DNA from: an uncultured bacterium
GTDB lineage: Bacteria; JAGOEH01
Assembly: GCA_964632485.1 (NCBI GenBank)
Contig: CAZWDO010000009.1
Span: 12,850 to 76,849, forward strand
Direction of reading: 5' to 3'
Length of the DNA: 64,000 nucleotides
Shown here: positions 42,466 to 52,193 of the stretch, piece after piece
Layout of the letters: each line of letters starts with the position of its first letter
How positions within the stretch are numbered: the stretch's first letter is position 1
Position numbers and translations under genes: made by a program
The notes under the pieces: generated by a model
Databases searched by the model: none
What the model saw: the letters and a program-made list of their open reading frames with translations, nothing else
What the model was told of the DNA's origin: nothing

Positions 42466-45400
42466 ATGATCCAAAAAAAATTTTATTGTTGGTTAATGAT
42501 TATGATGCTGTTTGCATCATGGTCATGGGCAGGAATGACCGGGAAAATCAAGGGGAAAGTGATTGATGCGGAAACCGGCGAAGGGTTGCCCAGCGTGAAT
42601 GTGGTTTTGGTGGGCACTGTATTCGGCGCAGCGACCGATGTGGACGGCGAGTTCATGATTATAAATATTCCTCCGGGAAAATATGATATCGAGGCTCGCA
42701 TGATCGGGTATAAACCAACGACTATCAAAGATCTTTCTATTGTTCAGGATTTTACCCGTACTCTGGATTTTAAGCTCCAAACGGAAGCCATCGAGGGTGA
42801 GGAAGTTGTTATTACCGCTTCCCGTCCGATTGTGCAACGCGATGTAACGGCTTCCACCCGGACAGTCAGCGGTGAGGATATTATTAAAATGCCGGTTAGC
42901 ACGTTCAACGGGTTTATCAGCAATACCGGTGGCGCTGTAACGACCGGCGGCGGCGATGCGGGTGTGCATATTCGCGGCGGACGGGTCAGCGAAGTCAGTT
43001 TTGTGGTGGATGGCGTCAATACAAATGATCCGGTCATCGGCGGAACGAATTCAATCATTGATAACAACGCAATTGCCGAGATTATGGTGATTACCGGGGG
43101 ATTCAACGCCGAATATGGCGATGCGATGTCCGGGCTGGTCAATATAGTGACCAAAGAAGGATCCCGCGATGCTTACAGCGGCACGCTTGAGTATAATACC
43201 AGCAGTGTTTTTTCAGGGACCCGCTATGATAACGGAAATAATGAATACAAGTTTACGCTGGGCGGCCCTTTATTTTTTACTAAAAAAGCCACTTTTTTTA
43301 TCTCAGGTTCCTCCGTGGCCCGAGACAAACGCGCTGATCGGGTGGGGATTAAAATAAAAAACGATGATAAAAAGGATTTGAGCGGCACGTTTAAGCTGGT
43401 TTACCGTCCCATAAATAGTTTTAAAATGACCTTCAGCGGAAATTTATCGCAAACGGACTATCATCTTTATAACCATGCCCGCAGTTGGGGCAATTGGTTG
43501 AAACAAACTTCGTTGATCACGATTGGCAATAAGCAGTTCAATTTTCAGATCAACCATCAGCTTAGCGCCCGAACATTTTATGAAGTGCAACTTTCCCAGT
43601 TCAACACCTATACTACCTATGAGTCGCAGGATGGTAAAGATTACACGGAAATGAAGATAGTAACCTACGATTTGCCTTGGGCCTACTGGGCGTATCAAAA
43701 TGGATGGTTTAATGAGGAAACACTGGAGTGGACCCGCGATATGGATTCTGTGTGGATGGATTACTATATTGATCAGGGTTGGCTGGGTAACACTCCCGGG
43801 GCGACATCTGTTGAGGATAAAACCTTTAATGGTTGGTATTGGAGCGATGTCATCCGGATGCAGCGCGCGTATAATGATCGGTGGTTCGATACAGGCGGCT
43901 GGGACTTTAATTCAGATACGACGGATATTATATATCGCACCTTCAATATCAATAATTATCTCACCTACTTAGATATGATCCGGGCGGGAGAAACGGCTCC
44001 TGCGGAATGGGCCTATTTCGGTGATATTAATAATATGTACACCAATTTGGATCATACCGGAAATTTTAACCTGGATTTCCAACCCTGGTGGCGTGATCAA
44101 AGCACCACGCAATACAGCGCAAAATTCGATCTGACCAGCCAAATCAATAATTCCAACCAATTCAAATTTGGCGCGTCCTACCGAATGACAACCATGGACT
44201 ATATTGATTTGCAGTTTTACAATGCCAACCCCTATTATGACAGCTATCGCCATTACGAAGCGGAAAGCGGTGAATTGAAGAATGACTACCGTCCTGTCAA
44301 TATGGCGTTTTATCTCCAGGATAAGATTGAGTGGGAAGATCTGACCCTCAATCCCGGTTTGCGTTGGGAGTATTTGGATTTGGATGCCGATCACCCGATC
44401 GATCCGACCGATCTGGATTTGGGTTATAAAAAAACAGACGCTAAAACCCAGTTTTCGCCGCGCTTGGGAATTTCATTCGCAATGTCAGACAAGGCGGTCA
44501 TGTACGCGCATTATGGGCATTTCTTCCAGGTACCCGAATACCATGACGTGTTTATGAATCTGAATGCCGATATCAGCACCGGCCTGCCGTTGCTGGGAAA
44601 TCCCAATATCCAGCCGCAGAAACAGATCGCTTATGAAGCGGGCTTTAAATACGCTTTGACCCCGGATTTGAGCGTTGAAATCTCTTCGTATTATAAAAAT
44701 GTTGAGAATCTGACGGGAACGCGCCAGCAGACCACTTTTTATCACGATGCCCTGGCAAATTATACCTATTTCACCGTCGATGATTTCGCAAAAATTAAAG
44801 GGATCGAACTAAAATTCGATAAGCGTTTTGGGCCAGGTATTTCAGGAAATATCAGCTATAGTTTTATGCAGGCGAAGGGAACCGGCTCTGCGTCGTGGGA
44901 ATTTTATTTGAATTATCTTAATACAACGACTGAACTGCCGAAAATGGAATATCCGCTGGAGTTCGATATCACTCATTCCCTTAAAGTCAATCTGAATTAT
45001 TATATCGCTGAAAAGCAGGGGCCTATGATTTTCGGGTCCTATTTATTGGAAGAATCCAATTTGAATATGATGCTTGATTTGGCAAGCGGCCGCCCGTACA
45101 CTCCTGAGGATTCCAAGGGTAATCCGCGGGAGATCGGCTCGAAGCGGCTGCCTTCCTATTTTAATATTGATTTGCGTTATGAAAAAGTGGTCCGTGTGAG
45201 CGAAAAAATCTCTTTTTCCGTTTACATGATGGTTTGGAATATCCTGGATAAAGTCAATGTTCGCAACGTGGATGCGTTTACTGGTAAACCGGATGATAAC
45301 GGTATCCCGCCGGTACGGGATCCGAATAATTACACCGATTTTGCGCGTTGGGGATACGCTGACTGGGAATCGTTTTATAACGAAGACCTGCGTCGTTGGC

Positions 45401-45474
45401 GTATTCGCCAGAAAAATCCATTTAATTATTACGCGCCCCGTGAAATACGGTTGGGAATGATGTTCAGATTCTAA
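42466..45474 (+). CDS. TonB-dependent receptor with CarboxypepD_reg-like N-terminal domain
   Basis: Signal peptide, TGKIKGKVID...GAATDVDG...PPGKY, plug VHIRGGRVSEVSFVVDG, GGFNAEYG, FSPRLGISF, C-terminal NPFNYYAPREIRLGMMFRF. Confidence 0.93.
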   Translation: MIQKKFYCWLMIMMLFASWSWAGMTGKIKGKVIDAETGEGLPSVNVVLVGTVFGAATDVDGEFMIINIPPGKYDIEARMIGYKPTTIKDLSIVQDFTRTLDFKLQTEAIEGEEVVITASRPIVQRDVTASTRTVSGEDIIKMPVSTFNGFISNTGGAVTTGGGDAGVHIRGGRVSEVSFVVDGVNTNDPVIGGTNSIIDNNAIAEIMVITGGFNAEYGDAMSGLVNIVTKEGSRDAYSGTLEYNTSSVFSGTRYDNGNNEYKFTLGGPLFFTKKATFFISGSSVARDKRADRVGIKIKNDDKKDLSGTFKLVYRPINSFKMTFSGNLSQTDYHLYNHARSWGNWLKQTSLITIGNKQFNFQINHQLSARTFYEVQLSQFNTYTTYESQDGKDYTEMKIVTYDLPWAYWAYQNGWFNEETLEWTRDMDSVWMDYYIDQGWLGNTPGATSVEDKTFNGWYWSDVIRMQRAYNDRWFDTGGWDFNSDTTDIIYRTFNINNYLTYLDMIRAGETAPAEWAYFGDINNMYTNLDHTGNFNLDFQPWWRDQSTTQYSAKFDLTSQINNSNQFKFGASYRMTTMDYIDLQFYNANPYYDSYRHYEAESGELKNDYRPVNMAFYLQDKIEWEDLTLNPGLRWEYLDLDADHPIDPTDLDLGYKKTDAKTQFSPRLGISFAMSDKAVMYAHYGHFFQVPEYHDVFMNLNADISTGLPLLGNPNIQPQKQIAYEAGFKYALTPDLSVEISSYYKNVENLTGTRQQTTFYHDALANYTYFTVDDFAKIKGIELKFDKRFGPGISGNISYSFMQAKGTGSASWEFYLNYLNTTTELPKMEYPLEFDITHSLKVNLNYYIAEKQGPMIFGSYLLEESNLNMMLDLASGRPYTPEDSKGNPREIGSKRLPSYFNIDLRYEKVVRVSEKISFSVYMMVWNILDKVNVRNVDAFTGKPDDNGIPPVRDPNNYTDFARWGYADWESFYNEDLRRWRIRQKNPFNYYAPREIRLGMMFRF

Positions 45475-45494
45475 ATATAACAGGAGACAAATGA

Positions 45495-48400
45495 ATGAAA
45501 TGCATACGATTATTTTTGGGCTTACTATTTTGTCTGATGAGCGTGGTATGGTCTCGGCCTCCGCTAAACATGCCGGCGCCGGCTCCTACCCGGAATTTGC
45601 TGGGTCCCCGTCTCAATAAAACCACTGTTTTAGACACAACAGAGGGCCCCCACCAGTTCCGCATGACATGGATCGGAGTGGGAAATCTGGCAAAATACAC
45701 CATCACCAATGTAGGAAATAGCGGTTATTTTACCCCTCCGGCCACCTGGGACGGCTCGTATGATGGCAGCAATGAGACAGGTTATACGGCCGGTGGTACC
45801 GTTCATACCGGCGAATATCCCGCAGGTTCCCAGCAATTCTACGTCTGGGCGGCCGGGTTATGGGTCGGGGCCGAGGTTCCCGTGCCAACCAGCAGCGGAA
45901 CGCTTTATGATCGACGTGTCGCCGCCTGCGCTTATTATTCCGACCAGGGCTCTATGTTTCCCCTCTATACCAGTACCCAGGTCATTTCGGAAGATGAAGA
46001 GAATGGCGGGGCATTTCTCTTTCTCCAACCCGGTATGTCAAGTTCTGCATATCAGTATCAGTGGCCCTTCACCGATTACAAGTTGAATGCCCGTCGGGCG
46101 GAGATTGAACAGGAACGCGGCCTGAGCGGGTTGGTGCTTGATACGGGCGATATCGTCTCTAACCAGGATTCTTATACGGTTTATGGCGATTATATTCCCG
46201 AATCCGATGCCTTGACGGCGTTTTCCTTTAAGTATGATACCGAACCCGTAGGAGTAAAAATCATCCAGCGCACCTATTCCTGGGGATATAGTTATAATAA
46301 CTCTTATCTTTATCTGGATTTTTACATTATCAATATGAATGCCTTGCCCTTACGCAATGTTTACTTCGGCTATTTTATGGATACCGATATCGGCGATGCG
46401 AATACGCCGCAAGGCGCTTATGACGACCTGATCGGTTATGATGAAAGCCTCAATCTGGGTTACTGTTACGATTCCGATTTGTTTGAACCGGGGTGGCAAA
46501 CTCAGTCCGGGTATATTGGAGTGACCTTTGTGGAAACACCTCGGAATCAAAATGGCGAACCCCTGGGATTAACCGGTTTTCAAACCTGGGAAAACGGGGG
46601 CGAAGAGGGCACTAATGTTGAAGGCGAAGGCAATGATTTAGGGAAATATGACCAGTTATCTAAAGGCGGCTATGAGCTGTTCACCACGCCGCAGGATGTG
46701 CGCATGGTGCCCTGTTCAGGTCCGATTGTTGATTTTATGCCCGGCGATACGGCGCATTTGGTGGTGGCTATGGTAGTTGGTAATAGCGTGGCTGAATTGA
46801 AAGAAAACACGCAACGCGCCATCACTCAATATCAAAATGCTTATGTGGGCCCTACCGCGCCGCCCATGCCGCGGTATTCAGTTACGCCGGCAGACGGTAA
46901 ATGCTATATCCGCTGGGATAACTTTCCCGAAACGGTTCCCGACCCCATGTCCGCCGCGCTGGATTTCGAAGGGTACCGTATCTATCGGTCCAAAACCGGT
47001 ATTGCCGGTCAATGGGATGAAATCGCCGATTTCGATCAAGCCAATACCTTTACCGGCCGGGTGGTCGTTCCCAAATACAGCAAAGGAAACTCTACCTGCT
47101 CCATCGGGTTTAATAATTTTGTAACTGGGACGGAAGCTTTCTTCAGGGAAGCCAGATACACGATTGAGTTTCTGACTGATGAAACGATCATGGTCTATAA
47201 TGTATCCAGTTTGCAGAGTTATGGCTATCGCCGCGATGCCCGTAGTGTGGGCGCCGGATTTTGCCTCATCAACCCGGCGAATAACCAGGTGGCTACTGAT
47301 CCCGTCTATAAAAGCGGGTATTTGATTTATATTGATGGATTCACCGTGAAAATCAGCGATGGCATGGTCGTTAAACCCGATGACGATCCAACGCCCAACC
47401 GTGGCGATGTCTTTACTATTGAAACCTTTGAGGATTCTCCTATCGGAGATCAAACCGGTTTGCAATATGCGTTTATTGACGAAGGGTTAACCAATGGCCT
47501 GACGTATTACTACTCAATGACCAGTTATGACCGGGGGGATCTGGAACGCGGAATCGCGGCCCTGGAAACGGGCATTGAAATGAATAAAACGACAGCTATC
47601 CCCACCAGCCTCGGCGTTGATGTGACGGATGTCTCGGTGGTTGGCTTGACTCATGATCAGGGGAATGGCTATGGGACGATATCTATTGGCTTGCTTGATG
47701 CCGCGATCATAACCGGACACCAGTATCAGATCAGTTTTCATAAGCTGGCGTCAAATACCTCCGCTCTACCTTTGGCAGATTTCTGGCGTTTGACGGACAT
47801 GACTGCCAACACCATTGTGTGCGATACCAATACCCATAAAAGCAATCAGTCCAATCCGCTATATGACGGTTTAACGGTTCGCGTGACGACTCCTGCGGCA
47901 ACCGCCTTCGATTCGTCGTATTGGGTGATCGGGGAAACGACGTATGATTTTAATGTGTTGACTTCTACTACCCCGGATCCCTACGATTACGAGATTCGCT
48001 TTACGGCTGACGGCAGCTATGACAAACGCAATTTCAAAGCGCCTTTTGAGGTTTGGAATACCACAATTGATACGCAGGCGGTTTTTGTGTTTGGCGATAA
48101 AAACCGTAACGAAGCCTTTGACAGCAGTGATTTTATTTATATTATCCAGCGGTTCGGCAATCAAAATTCGGCGCAAATCATTATCAATTTCAGCGCCGGC
48201 GCTACTCCGCCCGTTACCGGGGATATCTTCCGTCTAACAACCCGCAAGCCATTTATGATTGATGATCTGTACACATTTTCCACGACCCGTCTGTTTGGCG
48301 AACGGGATGACTACGATTTAGATAATGTCCGCGTGGTGCCCAATCCCTATTATATGCGCGCGGATTGGGACCGGAACCGTTTTGAGCAAAAGATTTATTT

Positions 48401-48617
48401 CCAAAACCTCCCCTCTGAATGCCGAATCCGCATTTTCAACACGGCCGGCGTGCTTATTCGTAGCTTGGACCACAATCCAGCCAGCGCTACGGGAAGTGAA
48501 AGCTGGAATTTGCGTACTGAAGAAAACCTTAATGCCGTTAACGGTTTGTATATTTTCCAGGTGGAAGATTTAAAAAGCGGTAAAAAGACAACTGGTAAAT
48601 TTGCCATTATCCGTTAG
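45495..48617 (+). CDS. Large secreted protein (1040 aa) with an Fn3-like module and a variant sorting domain; function unknown
   Basis: Signal peptide without a canonical lipobox; GEYPAGS...WAAGLWVGA, DTDIGD, PTAPPMP...DFEGYRIYRS...LTNGLTYYYSMTSYD; ends VRVVPNPYY...IYFQNLP...IRIFNTAG...NGLYIFQV...GKFAIIR. Confidence 0.85.
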   Translation: MKCIRLFLGLLFCLMSVVWSRPPLNMPAPAPTRNLLGPRLNKTTVLDTTEGPHQFRMTWIGVGNLAKYTITNVGNSGYFTPPATWDGSYDGSNETGYTAGGTVHTGEYPAGSQQFYVWAAGLWVGAEVPVPTSSGTLYDRRVAACAYYSDQGSMFPLYTSTQVISEDEENGGAFLFLQPGMSSSAYQYQWPFTDYKLNARRAEIEQERGLSGLVLDTGDIVSNQDSYTVYGDYIPESDALTAFSFKYDTEPVGVKIIQRTYSWGYSYNNSYLYLDFYIINMNALPLRNVYFGYFMDTDIGDANTPQGAYDDLIGYDESLNLGYCYDSDLFEPGWQTQSGYIGVTFVETPRNQNGEPLGLTGFQTWENGGEEGTNVEGEGNDLGKYDQLSKGGYELFTTPQDVRMVPCSGPIVDFMPGDTAHLVVAMVVGNSVAELKENTQRAITQYQNAYVGPTAPPMPRYSVTPADGKCYIRWDNFPETVPDPMSAALDFEGYRIYRSKTGIAGQWDEIADFDQANTFTGRVVVPKYSKGNSTCSIGFNNFVTGTEAFFREARYTIEFLTDETIMVYNVSSLQSYGYRRDARSVGAGFCLINPANNQVATDPVYKSGYLIYIDGFTVKISDGMVVKPDDDPTPNRGDVFTIETFEDSPIGDQTGLQYAFIDEGLTNGLTYYYSMTSYDRGDLERGIAALETGIEMNKTTAIPTSLGVDVTDVSVVGLTHDQGNGYGTISIGLLDAAIITGHQYQISFHKLASNTSALPLADFWRLTDMTANTIVCDTNTHKSNQSNPLYDGLTVRVTTPAATAFDSSYWVIGETTYDFNVLTSTTPDPYDYEIRFTADGSYDKRNFKAPFEVWNTTIDTQAVFVFGDKNRNEAFDSSDFIYIIQRFGNQNSAQIIINFSAGATPPVTGDIFRLTTRKPFMIDDLYTFSTTRLFGERDDYDLDNVRVVPNPYYMRADWDRNRFEQKIYFQNLPSECRIRIFNTAGVLIRSLDHNPASATGSESWNLRTEENLNAVNGLYIFQVEDLKSGKKTTGKFAIIR

Positions 48618-48623
48618 AGGGAG

Positions 48624-49634
48624 ATGATCATGAAAAGAACAACGCTCTTATTGATAATAATGTGTTTGGCCTCGACGACTCTCTGGGCCCGCCTGGGAGG
48701 AGCCGGCTTGAATTTTTTAATCGTTAATGCCGGTAGTCGTCCCAGCGCTTTGGGAGGGGCGTATGCCGCTCTGGCTAATGATCTGGACGCGATTTATTTC
48801 AATCCGGCCGGGATCAGCGCTCTCAACCGCTTCAGTTTAAATTTTTCCTATACGCCCTATTTTGCCGATATGAGCTATCAGTCTATGGCTATGGCGATTC
48901 CTTCCGGCATGTTTGGAACGATTGGTTTATCCCTCTTGTCGTTACAGAGTGGAGATATTGAAAAGACGACTCTGGATGAACCCAATGGTACCAATTCTTC
49001 ATATAGCGCATCGGATTATGCGTTTGGCGTCACTCTTGCCCGTCCCCTGACTGACAAATTTTCGGTGGGTGGCACGATGAAGTTTATTACCGAAGGCATC
49101 GATGAAGTTTCCTGTTTCGGTTGGGCTATTGATCTCGGAGCGACTTACAACACCGGCTTTAAAAATTTTCGCCTGGGTTTTTCGATTCTCAATTTCGGTC
49201 CCGATATGCAGTTCAAAGGCGATGTGCTGAAGTTTCATTATAAACCGGTGGACCCCAATGATCCGGAAGAAAATGATCTGATGGAGGAAGATGCCCAGGC
49301 TCAATGGGAATCCGAAAAGATACCTCTGCCCTTGATGTTTCAATTCGGGTTGGCCGTTGATCTGATCCAAACTTCAGCCTACCGGGTAACATTTACTGCT
49401 GACAAGGTCAATCCCACTGACCAGGTTGAAACCTTTGCCGTTGGGATGGAAGTCGGCTATCTTGAGTTTCTGAATCTTCGTGTTGGTTATTCCGACAAAA
49501 ACGACGGTAATTTTGCCGCGGGGGCCGGGATCATTCTCCCGATGGGAAATAGCAAGGCCATTTTTGATTATGCCTTTCGGAATCATCAATATCTGGATGC
49601 TTTGCATACGTTTGCGTTAACTTTAGTGTTTTAA
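48624..49634 (+). CDS. PorV/PorQ-family (FadL-like) outer-membrane beta-barrel
   Basis: Signal peptide, FLIVNAGSRPSALGGAY, AIYFNPAGI, alternating beta-strands, LNLRVGY, FDYAF, terminal Phe (HTFALTLVF). Confidence 0.88.
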   Translation: MIMKRTTLLLIIMCLASTTLWARLGGAGLNFLIVNAGSRPSALGGAYAALANDLDAIYFNPAGISALNRFSLNFSYTPYFADMSYQSMAMAIPSGMFGTIGLSLLSLQSGDIEKTTLDEPNGTNSSYSASDYAFGVTLARPLTDKFSVGGTMKFITEGIDEVSCFGWAIDLGATYNTGFKNFRLGFSILNFGPDMQFKGDVLKFHYKPVDPNDPEENDLMEEDAQAQWESEKIPLPLMFQFGLAVDLIQTSAYRVTFTADKVNPTDQVETFAVGMEVGYLEFLNLRVGYSDKNDGNFAAGAGIILPMGNSKAIFDYAFRNHQYLDALHTFALTLVF

Positions 49635-49664
49635 GTCCGTTGATGCTGGGTACTCTCTTTTTCG

Positions 49665-49726
49665 GAAAGGGCCGGCGTATGCCCGCCCTTTCGGAATAGC
49701 AAAGGCCATCGATCGTTGCTATTCCG
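49665..49726 (+). other. Two adjacent intergenic stem-loops after the PorV/PorQ gene
   Basis: GAAAGGGC 49665-72 / GCCCTTTC 49685-92 (inner GGC-GTAT-GCC) and CGGAATAGCAA 49692-702 / TTGCTATTCCG 49716-26; no long U-tract. Confidence 0.6.
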
Positions 49727-49768
49727 TTTCAAGGTGTAAGGTTAGTTGGAGAATTCCGAACAGAGGGA

Positions 49769-49908
49769 GGAATCTCAGTTTAAAGGTGAGATTTCGATTG
49801 CCGGGACGATGTTGAAACGGCCCCTGGAATCTCAAAATAACCGACAGCGGAGTCAACCAAAATCCAGCGGTTTTGGGTGACAAGCGGCTGAAAGGAGGTG
49901 TTTGGCCG
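49769..49908 (+). ncRNA. Candidate structured cis-regulatory leader (no known family recognised)
   Basis: GGAATCTCA occurs twice (49769-77, 49826-34) around its complement TGAGATTTC (49787-95); hairpin GTCAACCAAAATC-CAGC-GGTTTTGGGTGAC; hairpin CGGCTGAA/TTTGGCCG with AGGAGGTG in the loop. Confidence 0.4.
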
Positions 49909-49966
49909 AAAATAGTTAAACTCTTGATGTCGTTGTATTTTTGTTCATTCTAACAGAGGAGAAGCT

Positions 49967-52162
49967 ATGTTGAAAAAGTTTGTGTTTGGTTTGGCTATGT
50001 TGAGCCTGCTCGTCCTGTCCGTACAGGCGCGCGCTCCCAAACAATCGATTACGGATCGTAACCTCGAGAAAATCACTCAATTTGTGGATGAAGCCGGTTA
50101 TTTGCATAAAATCGTTTACAAACCCGGCGTGGCGGTGATTGATACGGTTCAATATCTTGGTGACATTGTTATTACCGCTAATAATTATACGGCGGGAGGC
50201 GATTATGTCGCCACCTATTTCCGCCCGGCAGCCGATGGGTTTATTACCGATGTATTCATGCCTTTCGGGACAACTGGCGATTGTGAATTTCATGTCATGC
50301 GCGATACTCTAGTAACCAATGCTGCTGGAAGCTTGCGGTCATTCTGTAATTGGAATAACTGTGTCGTGGATTCGATCAATGGTTTTGTCGGTTCGAAAAT
50401 ATGGTCGGTAACCAAAGCCACGGCCGTTTCGACTGCGACATTATTGACCGAGGAGGAATATGAACATTTGAACATTAAAGCCGATGTAACCATGGGCCTT
50501 AGTGATATCCCGGTGGTTGAGTATTATCGGGTCTGGGTTGGCTTTAAGAAGTTGACTACCGGAGCGACTAATGAGTTATGGGCCCGCAGCTATGATTACG
50601 GATATACGGGCGATTACATTGGCCATACCTCTTTCAGCTATAATCAGAATTGGGCCAATCCGCTGGCCGGGCCCTATTCCATTATATGGGGCAGCAACTA
50701 TCAAGGCGATTGCCCGATGAAAGTCGTGTTTACTTATCCCGAAGGCACTCCTCCCCAGGTGCTTTCCATGGACTATGTCGCTAATACGTATAGCACTACA
50801 CCCAGCAAGAACGTATGGGCTTCTTTAGCCGATGCCGATGGCTCGGTAACCTCAGCCCAGGTCGTTTTCGGGGTAGGCTATGCCATGACGACGACCTCTC
50901 GGGTGGATATGACCTATAATGAAGATTATGATGAATGGTATGGAACCGTTAGCGGGACGTTCGCTCCCGGCGATTCCGTATATTATTACGTGGAAGCCAC
51001 TGATAACGAAAGCAAAGTGCGCGATAACTCCCTGCAGAAAAAGTATTTCGTCGTCAAAGCTCCCGCTGATCCCACTTCTGAAATTATGGTGATTTTAGAA
51101 AGTGAAGATGATTTTTCAGTTTATAGCACGGTTCTGGATCGTTTGGGAAAGACCTATGAAGTATGGGACGTTGATGAGAATAACGGAATCGATGCTTCAG
51201 TAGTGTCACTGCCGCAGATTAAATACATTGTCTGGGGCGCCCATGGTACGGGTAAGTTCGCTTATCCCGAGTTCGATAAAGAATTTCTTTCGGGAATAAG
51301 CTCCCTTTACGCGGGAATTTTCGATTTCCTCGATAACGGTGGCGGTTTGTTCATGAGCGATTATGATTATTTCTATACCCGCACTTTCGGCGGGGTGGAC
51401 ACCACCATGGTTTTAGGCGCCAATGAATGCAGTGTCAATATCGGCGAACTGGAACCCGGCAGCATCGGTTATGATTATTTTGGTGTCGGCAAATGGTGGA
51501 GCGATCCGTTCTATGTTAGCGATGATTATCATCCACAGGGCGAATTATCGTTTGCGGGCGTAGCATCCGATCCGATCACCAATAATTGGGCCACCACTGA
51601 TCTGAATGCGATCGATCAAACCGAACACTGGGGTGATTTTATCGAAGTGGCGCCGGGAGCGGAAGCAATTCTTCTCGGGAAAGCGCATGGTTATCAACAG
51701 GGCGTTCGCAAATCCAACGGCACGTGGGCCACGGTTTTCATTCCCTGGAATTTTGCGATCCTGGCCGATACTACCGGTGGCGCCAATACTTCCACCGACG
51801 CTGAACAATTTATGGCTAATGTTCTGGGTTATCTGGCCGCCAAAACTACCGGTGTTGAAGATGATCCCTTCTTTGTTAATCCACTGCGCACCGAACTGCT
51901 GGGTAATTACCCCAATCCGTTCAACCCGGAAACAGAAATCGCCTTCTCTCTGGCCGAAGCCGGAAATGTGAAAATCAGTATCTATGATCTCACCGGCAAA
52001 CTCGTCAGAAAGCTGATTGATGAAGAAAAATCGGTGGGCACCTATAAAGTTCGTTGGAACGGAACCCGCGCGAATGGACAACCAGTCGGTACTGGCATGT
52101 ATCTCTATAAGCTGGAAACCGGAACCAAGGTCCAAAGCAAAAAAATGATGTTTATTAAATAA
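49967..52162 (+). CDS. Secreted protein (731 aa) with FlgD-Ig/T9SS type-A-like C-terminal domain; function unknown
   Basis: Signal peptide (…LLVLSVQA), GAGGAG RBS; Ig-like segment (GDSVYYYVEATD), Rossmann-like segment (FLDNGGGLFMS); ends NYPNPFNPETEIAF...IYDLTGKLVR...GMYLYKL...KKMMFIK. Confidence 0.88.
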   Translation: MLKKFVFGLAMLSLLVLSVQARAPKQSITDRNLEKITQFVDEAGYLHKIVYKPGVAVIDTVQYLGDIVITANNYTAGGDYVATYFRPAADGFITDVFMPFGTTGDCEFHVMRDTLVTNAAGSLRSFCNWNNCVVDSINGFVGSKIWSVTKATAVSTATLLTEEEYEHLNIKADVTMGLSDIPVVEYYRVWVGFKKLTTGATNELWARSYDYGYTGDYIGHTSFSYNQNWANPLAGPYSIIWGSNYQGDCPMKVVFTYPEGTPPQVLSMDYVANTYSTTPSKNVWASLADADGSVTSAQVVFGVGYAMTTTSRVDMTYNEDYDEWYGTVSGTFAPGDSVYYYVEATDNESKVRDNSLQKKYFVVKAPADPTSEIMVILESEDDFSVYSTVLDRLGKTYEVWDVDENNGIDASVVSLPQIKYIVWGAHGTGKFAYPEFDKEFLSGISSLYAGIFDFLDNGGGLFMSDYDYFYTRTFGGVDTTMVLGANECSVNIGELEPGSIGYDYFGVGKWWSDPFYVSDDYHPQGELSFAGVASDPITNNWATTDLNAIDQTEHWGDFIEVAPGAEAILLGKAHGYQQGVRKSNGTWATVFIPWNFAILADTTGGANTSTDAEQFMANVLGYLAAKTTGVEDDPFFVNPLRTELLGNYPNPFNPETEIAFSLAEAGNVKISIYDLTGKLVRKLIDEEKSVGTYKVRWNGTRANGQPVGTGMYLYKLETGTKVQSKKMMFIK

Positions 52163-52193
52163 TCTCGTTAATCCGAGATAATTGACGATCAGT

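Noticed and set aside
51545-52135. 196-aa antisense ORF, and similar ones at 19466-20047, 46878-47465, 13582-14109, 33967-34428 and 42523-42969
   Set aside because: They shadow well-supported genes, have no recognisable motifs or RBS, and are expected from codon bias.
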